This document shows, piece after piece, positions 29,482 through 37,753 of a stretch of DNA of 64,000 bases. The notes under the pieces are model-generated. The model was not told where the DNA came from, made no database searches, and saw only the letters and a list, made by a program, of their open reading frames with translations. Source of the stretch: a virus. The position numbers and the translations under genes are program-made. Each line of letters begins with the position of its first letter. Positions within the stretch are counted from its first letter, which is position 1. The DNA lies in the IMG/VR virus record IMGVR_UViG_3300045988_128026, positions 23,157-87,156 of that record. One strand, written 5' to 3'.

Positions 29482-29889
29482 TTATTTCTCTCCTTCTTCC
29501 TTATAATAGTATCCATACAAGCAGCAATCTCCAGAATCCCATGTGTCGTAATAACAACCGTTTGAAATTGCAACTACATGATTCGCAACATTTACCAAAT
29601 AATTGCCTTGCTTATGATCTTTTGCAAAACTTTCAACTGTTGGTCGTTTAGATCCTTTTCGGTTGCTAATACCTTGATAAGCAAATCCATTATCGAATAA
29701 ATATTCTTCGTAACATTTTCGTTCTGATGGCATACACTGCATATCCCTTGCGTATGGCAACAAATCATCAAATGTTGTTAACCATTCTTTATCAAGCACT
29801 TTTGTTAATGCTCTAATCACGCAATCTGAATGATTATCTTTTGTATCTTTATCGTTTGGTTGATAATATCTGTAAATTTTATTTGACAT
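29482..29889 (-). CDS. hypothetical protein
   Basis: ORF track. Confidence 0.3.
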   Translation of the reverse strand: MSNKIYRYYQPNDKDTKDNHSDCVIRALTKVLDKEWLTTFDDLLPYARDMQCMPSERKCYEEYLFDNGFAYQGISNRKGSKRPTVESFAKDHKQGNYLVNVANHVVAISNGCYYDTWDSGDCCLYGYYYKEEGEK

Positions 29890-29930
29890 TTTCTCGCTCC
29901 TTCATATTTCATTTCTTAAAGTTTATCTCT

Positions 29931-30000
29931 CATTTGTTGAATATAATATACCACTTCTTGAATATACTGTCAATACAAAATCTTCAACTTCTTGAACATT
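29931..30000. promoter_or_regulatory. three copies of (T/C)TTCTTGAA(T/C)AT-like repeat in the divergent intergenic region (candidate operators)
   Basis: tttgttgaatataat / cttcttgaatatact / cttcttgaacatttt read directly. Confidence 0.35.
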
Positions 30001-30004
30001 TTAT

Positions 30005-30033
30005 TTTACATCCTGTATGTAATATGCTACAAT
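30005..30033 (+). promoter_or_regulatory. sigma-A-type promoter TTTACA-N17-TACAAT
   Basis: Exact 17-nt spacer; RBS GGAGGT at 30043-30048 and ATG at 30055 follow. Confidence 0.5.
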
Positions 30034-30054
30034 ATAGATGTGGAGGTATATCAT

Positions 30055-30258
30055 ATGATAAGTTATAAACCGCTTTTCGTAACTTTAGCAAAAAAGGGTA
30101 TGACAAAATCTGATTTACGAACCGCTTTAAGTATGGGGTCTGGTACAATTGCCAAGATGGCAAAGAATCAGTATATCAGTCTCGAAAACATCGATAAAAT
30201 TTGCTTATATCTTGATTGCAAAGTTGAAGATGTTATTGAGGTCATACCAAACGATTAA
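30055..30258 (+). CDS. Cro/XRE-like small HTH transcriptional regulator
   Basis: MISYKPLFVTLAKKGMTKSDLRTALSMGSGTIAKMAKNQYISLENIDKICLYLDCKVEDVIEV is the typical ~65-aa Firmicutes phage HTH. Start set at the ATG with a good RBS; the track start at 29992 is upstream and hydrophobic. Confidence 0.65.
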   Translation: MISYKPLFVTLAKKGMTKSDLRTALSMGSGTIAKMAKNQYISLENIDKICLYLDCKVEDVIEVIPND

Positions 30259-30298
30259 TCAAAAAGACTTTGACCATTTAGGTTAAGGTCTTTTTTAG

Positions 30299-30436
30299 TG
30301 GAAACAACAGGAATCGAACCTGTGTCGGCAATTTATATGTGATGAAAATTAAAATGTAAATAAATAAAATACTTATATGGAGGTAGAAAAATGAATGTTT
30401 ATGTATTGCCTGCTCTACCAACTGAGCTATGTTTCC
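30299..30436 (-). tRNA. tRNA-like gene (CAU-anticodon-type arms) with ~65-nt insertion in the anticodon loop; possible intron-containing or disrupted tRNA
   Basis: Minus strand: acceptor GGAAACA/TGTTTCC (7 bp), D-arm GCTC-AGTTGGTA-GAGC, anticodon stem GGCAA/TTGCC enclosing 72 nt beginning TACATAA, T-arm ACAGG-TTCGATT-CCTGT, discriminator A. No encoded CCA; variable loop only 3 nt. Confidence 0.45.
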
Positions 30437-30506
30437 ATGACTGGCATTGTATTTCAAATGCCAGTTTTATGTTTGTGAAATTAATTTTTGTAGATGAATT
30501 TATTCG

Positions 30507-31241
30507 TTATTTGCGAGCATTTTTCATCTGATCTAATATGGCTTTAGCTTCTTGCTGTCGCTCTTCTTGCTCCATATGATAATCCAATGTTTCTGCACTA
30601 GATTCATACGCAATAGCAACGCCTTTGGCTTGTTCGCTAAGTTTCTTTGCTCCTTCTCGAACCTCTTCCAAACCTTCCTGAGCAGCATTTGAACTATTGT
30701 ATTGATCTAAATTTTTCTGCAATTCTGCAATCTGCTGATCTGCCTCCATCTGAAGAACCACAGTATCTTTTTCGCTTTTTAGCTTAATGAGCTGATCATA
30801 CGCTTGGTTTTTAATTTCTTCTTGTTTATCTTTTGTGGATTGCAACTCTGGGATTTTCTTTTCGTACACTGATTTCTGTGCCTTTAGCGTGGCTAATTTT
30901 TGAGCATAATACATTGCTTTTTTATCATCATGATTATCAATGTACTGGTTGATCATTGCCTCGGTTTTAGAAATTTCTTCTTTTGTTTCTTTGAGATCAT
31001 CTTCCATTGTTGCCAATCTACCAGCTACCGTTGTGTATGTACCCATTGTTTTCTTATAAAAGTCCTGTTTCTCTTTAATTGCAGTATTATATCTGGCTCT
31101 TGCTCCCTCTGGAGTCATTGCATTTTCTTTGATCTTTTCTGTAACTGTTCCAGATGCCACATTTTTAATCTGCTTTCCGTTTTTAGTAAATTGTAAATAT
31201 GCGATAATTGCTACAATTACACAAATAATAATAATTGCCAT
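30507..31241 (-). CDS. membrane-anchored PspA/IM30-like coiled-coil protein
   Basis: N-terminal TM MAIIIICVIVAIIAYL followed by ~220 aa heptad-rich coiled coil. C-terminal NSSNAAQEGLEEVREGAKKLSEQAKGVAIAYESS resembles the PspA/LiaH C-terminal region. Assignment by pattern only. Confidence 0.4.
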   Translation of the reverse strand: MAIIIICVIVAIIAYLQFTKNGKQIKNVASGTVTEKIKENAMTPEGARARYNTAIKEKQDFYKKTMGTYTTVAGRLATMEDDLKETKEEISKTEAMINQYIDNHDDKKAMYYAQKLATLKAQKSVYEKKIPELQSTKDKQEEIKNQAYDQLIKLKSEKDTVVLQMEADQQIAELQKNLDQYNSSNAAQEGLEEVREGAKKLSEQAKGVAIAYESSAETLDYHMEQEERQQEAKAILDQMKNARK

Positions 31242-31255
31242 AATAATTTCTCCTA

Positions 31256-32716
31256 TTAGAACTCACGGTAATCTGCTGGCTCTGGTGTTCCAAGATTTTC
31301 ATTATCTGTAAACTCTACTTCTTTATCTTCAGAAACAAAATCTTTCAACATCTTTGCAAGATCAACACCTGTAGATCCTTTAACACCATCTGATACCTGA
31401 TTCACAACATTCATAATATCTTTTGTTAATTTTGTTGTATTGCCTTCTCCATACATAGTGATACTTCCTACGTTTCCTAATGGCGCAGCTGCATTTTTAA
31501 CTGCTTCTGGGAACATCTGGCACATCATTTCGACGATAGAAGCTTTACCCATCTGCTTCATAGCTTCGGCTTTCTTTTCGATCGCTTCTGCTTCAGCAAT
31601 ACCTTTTGCTTTAATCGCCTCAGCTTCTGCTACACCTTTCGCACGGATACCTTCAGCTTCCTGTTCCATAGCATATTTTGTAGATTCAGCTTCTTTTTCT
31701 TTAGCATATTTATTAGCTTCTGACTCTTTCTGTCTCTTATATAAATCTGCATCTGCTTTCTGCTGAGAGGCATATCTTTCAGCCTCTGCCTGTTTCTTGA
31801 TCTGTGCATCTAATGTCTGCTCTGTTACCTCAACGTCTTTACGTTTCAGTTCAATTTCTTTTTCCTGACGCATAATATTAGCATCCGCAGTTACAATTTC
31901 AATTTCTTTACGTGATTTTTCTTCCTGAATCTTGTATGCTGCATCTGCCTCAGCCTTCTTTGCTTTTGAAATCTTCTCAAGTTCAGATTTTTTAATTTCC
32001 AGATTGTTATTCTTTTCTGCGATCGCTGTTTCTGACTCAACCCTTGCATCATTCGCTTCTTTTTCAGCCATTGCTTTTGCTTTTTCAATATCTCTTTCGC
32101 TTTCAGCTCTGGAAATTGCAGCCTTCTTCTGAATTTTAACAACATTATCTACACCAAGATTTTCAATAACATCATTATCATCCATAAAATTCTGCACATT
32201 AAAACTGATGATATCTAATCCCATTGCAGCAAGGTCTGGCTTCGCATTTTCTGTAACAAGCTGTGCAAATTTCTGACGATCAGAAACCATTTCTTCGAGG
32301 CTCATCTTTCCAACGATCTCTCGCATATTACCTTCAAGGACTTCTCTTGCGACCTGTCCAATATCGCCTACTGGCTTATTTAAGAAGTTTTCTGCTGCAA
32401 GTTTTAATCTTTCTGGATTACTGCTAACCTTTACATTGACCGCTGCATCTACATTGATATTGATATAATCTGCTGTAGGCACAGAACTTGATGTCTTAAC
32501 ATCAATTGGAATTAACTCAAGATTAAGATGATCTGCTTTTTCAAAGAATGGGATTTTTAACCCTGCCTTACCAATTAATGTCTTAGGTGTCTTTCTAAGT
32601 CCAGAAATAATATAAGCTTTATCTGGACTTGCTTTGACATAACCGCTACCGATAATAGCTCCTACGCCACCTACCGCAATAACCACTGGTACCACTGTTC
32701 CAATTACTTCAATCAT
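31256..32716 (-). CDS. flotillin-like SPFH/band-7 protein (FloT/YqiK-like)
   Basis: N-terminal hydrophobic hairpin VVPVVIAVGGVGAIIGSGYV; SPFH core ...LIPIDVKTSSSVPTADYININVDAAVNVKV...RQKFAQLV...; long EA-rich repeat region (AEAEAIKAKGIAEAEAIEKKAEA); 486 aa. Confidence 0.75.
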   Translation of the reverse strand: MIEVIGTVVPVVIAVGGVGAIIGSGYVKASPDKAYIISGLRKTPKTLIGKAGLKIPFFEKADHLNLELIPIDVKTSSSVPTADYININVDAAVNVKVSSNPERLKLAAENFLNKPVGDIGQVAREVLEGNMREIVGKMSLEEMVSDRQKFAQLVTENAKPDLAAMGLDIISFNVQNFMDDNDVIENLGVDNVVKIQKKAAISRAESERDIEKAKAMAEKEANDARVESETAIAEKNNNLEIKKSELEKISKAKKAEADAAYKIQEEKSRKEIEIVTADANIMRQEKEIELKRKDVEVTEQTLDAQIKKQAEAERYASQQKADADLYKRQKESEANKYAKEKEAESTKYAMEQEAEGIRAKGVAEAEAIKAKGIAEAEAIEKKAEAMKQMGKASIVEMMCQMFPEAVKNAAAPLGNVGSITMYGEGNTTKLTKDIMNVVNQVSDGVKGSTGVDLAKMLKDFVSEDKEVEFTDNENLGTPEPADYREF

Positions 32717-32781
32717 AAATATCTCCTTTGTTATAAAATTTATTTATCACAACACCATATATAGATGTCATAATCTTGTTA

Positions 32782-33114
32782 CTAAATACATCCGCCACAA
32801 GAATTAGTGCGAAAATCCTCTTCATTGATTGCTTTGAAGATCTGGCGCTGAACATCAATATCTTTTGTAATTTTATCTAACCAATACTTATTAGCCTCAA
32901 TCCACTCATCTTGTTTCAGTCCGTCATAATATGATTCCCATTCTTCAACCCAGTCCTTAAAATACCATCGCTCATATCTTTTATATGTATTCATAGGTTC
33001 TGTGCGTAAGTCTTCTGGAATCTTATCGGTAACATCTTTGCCATCAACATCAAGCTTCCATTCTCCAATACAGAGTGCAAAACCACGACCTGTCCATTTT
33101 GCTTTAACTTCCAT
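32782..33114 (-). CDS. hypothetical protein
   Basis: ORF track; C-terminal CGGCI. Confidence 0.3.
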   Translation of the reverse strand: MEVKAKWTGRGFALCIGEWKLDVDGKDVTDKIPEDLRTEPMNTYKRYERWYFKDWVEEWESYYDGLKQDEWIEANKYWLDKITKDIDVQRQIFKAINEEDFRTNSCGGCI

Positions 33115-33116
33115 AT

Positions 33117-33887
33117 TTAATCATCCAACTCCATTCCTGCCTCGATCCACATGCCAGATATAAATTTAGGCATTGGAGCAAGTTTAAATACATTCTTCTC
33201 ATGCATCTCGTCAATGATCTGTCTCACTGCTTCATCTTTACATACTCCAGTTCTCAGATATTCGTCTAACATATCATATATAAATCCAAGATTATCTTCA
33301 TCTGTCTTACCGCATAATCCATCAGTAGGTGTTTTTTCGATTAACTCTGTTGGAAGTCCCAGAACTCTACCAATTGCTTTAACTTCTGTCACAGTCAGAT
33401 CACTTAATGGACTAAAATCTCCGGCTGAATCTCCATATCTTGTTGCATATCCGACCCAATCTTCAGATAAATTACATGTATTTGCTACTCTTCCATTCAT
33501 ACTCTGTGCAAAAGCATACAATGTAGCCATTCGGATACGAGCAGGTAAATTTGTGGCACTCTGTTTACTCCATTTACCGCCTAATTCATCTCTGATTTCA
33601 TGTTTAATATCTCTGCAAGCATTAAAAATATTAACTGTGTAATGTTCAATTCCTAGATGATCACATAGCATCTGAGAATACTCAATATCACTCTGCACAC
33701 CCTGTGGCATCATAATTCCAATAACTCGATCTTTACCTAGTGCTTCGACACATAAGGCAGCGACAACTGATGAATCTTTACCGCCTGAAATTCCTACAAC
33801 GGCATTACACCATCTTCCATTAACTTTAAACCAATCTCTAATCCACTGTACTAATCTGTCTTTGGTTTCTGCTGCATTAAAACTCAT
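33117..33887 (-). CDS. nadE: NH3-dependent NAD+ synthetase
   Basis: PP-loop GISGGKDSSVVAAL; size 256 aa; ATP-pyrophosphatase-fold conservation throughout. Confidence 0.85.
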   Translation of the reverse strand: MSFNAAETKDRLVQWIRDWFKVNGRWCNAVVGISGGKDSSVVAALCVEALGKDRVIGIMMPQGVQSDIEYSQMLCDHLGIEHYTVNIFNACRDIKHEIRDELGGKWSKQSATNLPARIRMATLYAFAQSMNGRVANTCNLSEDWVGYATRYGDSAGDFSPLSDLTVTEVKAIGRVLGLPTELIEKTPTDGLCGKTDEDNLGFIYDMLDEYLRTGVCKDEAVRQIIDEMHEKNVFKLAPMPKFISGMWIEAGMELDD

Positions 33888-34287
33888 GTTTTATATCTCC
33901 TCTCTTAATTCTTGAAATAAGTATTTTTAAGTGTTTATAGACTAAAGGCAAGCCACCTCTGTCATCAATATATACATTTGCATATGTCTTGCGACCGCCT
34001 ACGGGAACTGAACTGTCACAGTTGATACCTTTATATTTAATCTTATAATTCTGTAAATAATTTGCGATCATATCATATTTGTCTGATCCATTACCTGTCA
34101 GAATAATCACTTCAGAATAATCTTCCCATTCTCGAAGCAAATTCATCACGTCGTCATAAGTTCTACCAACTTTGTGAAAATCATATAATGTATCATCAAA
34201 ATCTACACAGAAAATTAATTTTCCATATTTTTTAAATTCATCTTCAAGTCGCTGATAGCAATGGTTTTCATCTAAGTAAAAATCCAT
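33877..34287 (-). CDS. small HAD-superfamily phosphatase
   Basis: Motif I VDFDDTL (DxDxT), motif II ILTGN, motif IV YIDDRGG; 136 aa. Confidence 0.5.
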   Translation of the reverse strand: MDFYLDENHCYQRLEDEFKKYGKLIFCVDFDDTLYDFHKVGRTYDDVMNLLREWEDYSEVIILTGNGSDKYDMIANYLQNYKIKYKGINCDSSVPVGGRKTYANVYIDDRGGLPLVYKHLKILISRIKRGDIKHEF

Positions 34288-35756
34288 TAAAATTCTCCTT
34301 CGTTTAAAACTCTTCTAATTTCCTGTAATGACTGTTCTTTTACCAATTTGCCATCTCTAAATACTGTCTCAAGCAGATTATTCATTGGAAGATTTTCTGA
34401 AGTATATCCATCTTTAAATGTCAATTTACCGTCTGATCCTGTATAAACATGACATAAACCTCTCTGAGATTTCTTAAATCCGCCATCTTTGGGATTCTTA
34501 AAAATTGGATATGGTCTGCCATTAATCTCACAATATGTTGCTTTGATGCAGCTACTAAATGTATCTCTTGTAAATGGTTTCAAAACTCCATCTTCTTCAA
34601 TGCACTGGAATGAGAATGATCCGACACCAAGTGCAACATTGCTTGCTGCGAATCCATTTTTCTCTAAGATGTCATAAATCTGCTCACATCTCTGCACTGT
34701 AATTGAATCTCCGTAAATTGCTTTTATATGAGGATCTAAAACTTTATATCCTTTACTGTTTGTCGTTCCCCCAAACTCTTCCCATAACTTGAATACCGTT
34801 CTGGTTACTACATCTACACAATCTCCTGAGTCTCCTCTGACAAGAAAACATCCATTGTGATTCATGATCTCATTCTTGAGTTTTGGGAGAATATTCTCTA
34901 CAACATTCCAATAATCATATGAATCTAACACTGCTGAGAAACTTGTGTTTGGATAAATCTCTGTCAGTAATCTCTTAATTAATGTTTCTTCATCTCCATC
35001 AATTGCATAATTACTACACATAACTGAATGTTCAGTCGATGGACTACCAAAAGCAACTGGCTCTTTCGTACAATCACAGTTATAATTTCTCTCTAAATAC
35101 GGAATTGTTGGAACTGTTGCTGTATTCAAGAATGATAAACACCATCCTGCCCCTGCTTTAACCGCAGACTGTAAACATTCTTCGCCACGAAAATCGAAAG
35201 CCCCTAATGCTTTAGATTTTGGAATATCGTCATCACAAGTCATTTCATAGAACTTGTTAACAATCTGTCTGTATGTATGTCCAACAGTTGCAGCGATCAT
35301 CGGATGCCACATTTCTGCGGAAATTAAGCTTTCTAATGCCTGTGGTAACCATGCAAAATCTTTATGTGTATTCTCAATACTAAACATCGGCACATGCATT
35401 GGTGCTAAAGTTCCTTCAGGAAGAGCCTTAATCTCAATTGGAAGATAGCCAAGATCATATAAATCTTCGATTTTCTGTAATCCATATGTACCTTCTCCAA
35501 GAGCTGCATCCATTACTGTCTTATAAGTACCAATTGCTTTGTTTCTATATTCAAAGAAAAAATACTCATTAAAATAATCGACCAAATACTCTTTAATGAA
35601 TCCTTGTAATCCAAACATGGCTACTTCATTCCATCGTTTTACTCTGCTCATACGTGGAGTAAAATAAGAAACAGATTTTGTAATACCTTTTGGTAACATT
35701 TCAGCATGAACTGCTTTGTAAAAATCAATTAATAACATTGGGTTTGTCTGTTTCAT
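34287..35756 (-). CDS. nicotinamide phosphoribosyltransferase family protein (NadV/Nampt-like; could equally be a Namat-type nicotinamide ADP-ribose transferase)
   Basis: LLIDFYKAVHAEMLP..SYFTPR parallels the Nampt ATDSYKVTHYKQYP..SYFECR; 489 aa; adjacent to a Prs-like gene. Confidence 0.75.
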   Translation of the reverse strand: MKQTNPMLLIDFYKAVHAEMLPKGITKSVSYFTPRMSRVKRWNEVAMFGLQGFIKEYLVDYFNEYFFFEYRNKAIGTYKTVMDAALGEGTYGLQKIEDLYDLGYLPIEIKALPEGTLAPMHVPMFSIENTHKDFAWLPQALESLISAEMWHPMIAATVGHTYRQIVNKFYEMTCDDDIPKSKALGAFDFRGEECLQSAVKAGAGWCLSFLNTATVPTIPYLERNYNCDCTKEPVAFGSPSTEHSVMCSNYAIDGDEETLIKRLLTEIYPNTSFSAVLDSYDYWNVVENILPKLKNEIMNHNGCFLVRGDSGDCVDVVTRTVFKLWEEFGGTTNSKGYKVLDPHIKAIYGDSITVQRCEQIYDILEKNGFAASNVALGVGSFSFQCIEEDGVLKPFTRDTFSSCIKATYCEINGRPYPIFKNPKDGGFKKSQRGLCHVYTGSDGKLTFKDGYTSENLPMNNLLETVFRDGKLVKEQSLQEIRRVLNEGEF

Positions 35757-36589
35757 AAATCTAACACCTCAACTTTCTCATGCTCTTTGGTAAAAATACT
35801 ACGTGTCGTATACACTTTTTTAAACAAACTATCTTCCTTTAATAATTCGCCATCAAGAATTGTATTTTCACAGTGACTAACATATAAATACATATCTTTA
35901 CAACCGTATTTGTTTAATTCTTTTGATCCATAATAGAATGTGCCACCCTTACTACAAATATCATCAATCATAAGGATTGCCGTATTTTCGTCTAATTTAT
36001 CTGTATCTCCATGAATCTCAATACCAAGAATTTCTCCTGTCTTCCAATCACGATTTTTAATTCCATAAACAATCGGATAATCATCTGATACAAATTCAGA
36101 ATATCTTTTTAGTGATCCGCTATCTGGAAAATAAATTACAAGATTTCTTGATGGTTCTGCTTTAAGGACTTTGCTACAAGTTTGTGTAATATATGATGCT
36201 CCACGGATTACTTCTACATGATCAATCAATGCAGTAGATACATCAGAATGTGGATCAGTTACAATAACTCTTACAAATCCAAGACTATTAATAATTTCTG
36301 CAAAATATTTTAATGTAAAGCATTCGCTTGGCTCTTTTACTCTGTCAAATCTTGCATTTGGTATATACGGCATCACTAATGCTTGTTGTAACCACGGAAA
36401 ATGTTCTTTAATATTTTTAGAAATACACAACAAGGAAAACAACTCTTTATCTGACTCATATAACCATGTGATATACGCTGTCTTGTTTTCTATGATTTCT
36501 TGAGATATCACGCCTAACGAAAAATCAATTTTTTGCGTTCCATCTGGAAAAGATTCTGGAACAACTGGGACTCCATTAATACTAATCAT
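35753..36589 (-). CDS. ribose-phosphate pyrophosphokinase-like protein (Prs; alternatively Adps-type ADP-ribose pyrophosphokinase)
   Basis: PRPP-binding loop AILMIDDICSKGGTF; 278 aa (shorter than canonical Prs); 4-nt overlap with the Nampt-like gene. Confidence 0.7.
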   Translation of the reverse strand: MISINGVPVVPESFPDGTQKIDFSLGVISQEIIENKTAYITWLYESDKELFSLLCISKNIKEHFPWLQQALVMPYIPNARFDRVKEPSECFTLKYFAEIINSLGFVRVIVTDPHSDVSTALIDHVEVIRGASYITQTCSKVLKAEPSRNLVIYFPDSGSLKRYSEFVSDDYPIVYGIKNRDWKTGEILGIEIHGDTDKLDENTAILMIDDICSKGGTFYYGSKELNKYGCKDMYLYVSHCENTILDGELLKEDSLFKKVYTTRSIFTKEHEKVEVLDL

Positions 36590-36603
36590 TCTTTATCACC
36601 CCT

Positions 36604-37194
36604 TTATTCATTAATTATTTCAATTTGACACATTTTCATTGCTTCAAGTGCATTCTTGTGACTCTCTGGTGTTACACCTGCGCAACACGATGCATCTACG
36701 ATAATCTTTGCTTTTGGAAGTGCCGCTTTTAATAACATTGCATTGGAGATTACACAAATATCTGTACATAAACCAATTAATGTAATTTCCACATTTTCTG
36801 GATGAAGTCGATTACCAATCCCAAATTCATCTTCACAGTCAAGTGCAAGGTCTAATGATCCAAATGTGCTTTTACGGTACATACCATCTGGTAATATAGA
36901 TTTGTCTTTGTTATCATCAATGGAAATATTGTTAGATAAAACATCTCCTACCTCTTGATTTAACCGCCATCCATCTTCTCCGCAGATGCAATGCTTTACT
37001 GGAAGATTCTTTCCTTCCTGTGTGGAAAGATAATCTTCCTCATGTGTGTCCATTGTTGCTACGATTATTCCATCAAAATTAATAATTTTCTCTACAACTT
37101 TTGGAACGATCTCCTGTGCTTCTTTAGTCCCAAGGCTTCCGTCGATGAAATCATTCTGCATATCGACGACAACCAATAACTTGTCAATATTCAT
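36604..37194 (-). CDS. pncA: nicotinamidase / isochorismatase-family hydrolase (PncA-like)
   Basis: LLVVVDMQNDFIDGSLG; Cys-containing GLCTDICVISNA catalytic segment; 196 aa. Confidence 0.75.
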   Translation of the reverse strand: MNIDKLLVVVDMQNDFIDGSLGTKEAQEIVPKVVEKIINFDGIIVATMDTHEEDYLSTQEGKNLPVKHCICGEDGWRLNQEVGDVLSNNISIDDNKDKSILPDGMYRKSTFGSLDLALDCEDEFGIGNRLHPENVEITLIGLCTDICVISNAMLLKAALPKAKIIVDASCCAGVTPESHKNALEAMKMCQIEIINE

Positions 37195-37228
37195 TATTAA
37201 TTTCTCCTTCCTTTAAATTACTGTTTTA

Positions 37229-37696
37229 TTAATCAAATAATCCATACCCAAAGTGCTGTCTCAGTTCATGATTCCAACTATTAATCGATTCAACTTTTCG
37301 CTCTTTGACAAGCTTATATCGAAAATCTTTAGGCATAGACAATGCGATAAAATTCATAATAAGTTTTGCACAGTCTTTCCTTTCTTCGATATAATACACG
37401 CCATCTTCTTTATAGAAATCAACCTCTTTAAAACACCCAGAATTATTTAAAATTTCAAATGCTGTTTCGCTAATTTCTGATTCTTGATACTCTGTCCAAA
37501 TCAGTCTCTCACTTCTACAACCAAGACCTAGCCCCGTATAATCTTCATTACAATTAAAACCTACTCCTAGCTTTTTACAGCTGTCTTTATACGCTTGTCG
37601 AATTTTATGAATATCATAGTTACAATCAAATAAAAAACTTTCTGATATTTTATGCCCATCTTCCGACCAGTCGCCTAATTCTAATTTATAAATCAT
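37229..37696 (-). CDS. hypothetical protein
   Basis: ORF track. Confidence 0.3.
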   Translation of the reverse strand: MIYKLELGDWSEDGHKISESFLFDCNYDIHKIRQAYKDSCKKLGVGFNCNEDYTGLGLGCRSERLIWTEYQESEISETAFEILNNSGCFKEVDFYKEDGVYYIEERKDCAKLIMNFIALSMPKDFRYKLVKERKVESINSWNHELRQHFGYGLFD

Positions 37697-37753
37697 TCCA
37701 GTCTCCTTTCTTTAGGCACCCACCCGTCAAATATGACGAGCAGGTATATCATC

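Noticed and set aside
30391-30531. A 46-aa plus-strand ORF (MNVYVLPALPTELCFHDWHC...) with GGAGGT upstream, overlapping the tRNA-like element.
   Set aside because: The RBS-like sequence is part of the tRNA insert and the ORF runs antisense through the tRNA 5' half. No supporting features.
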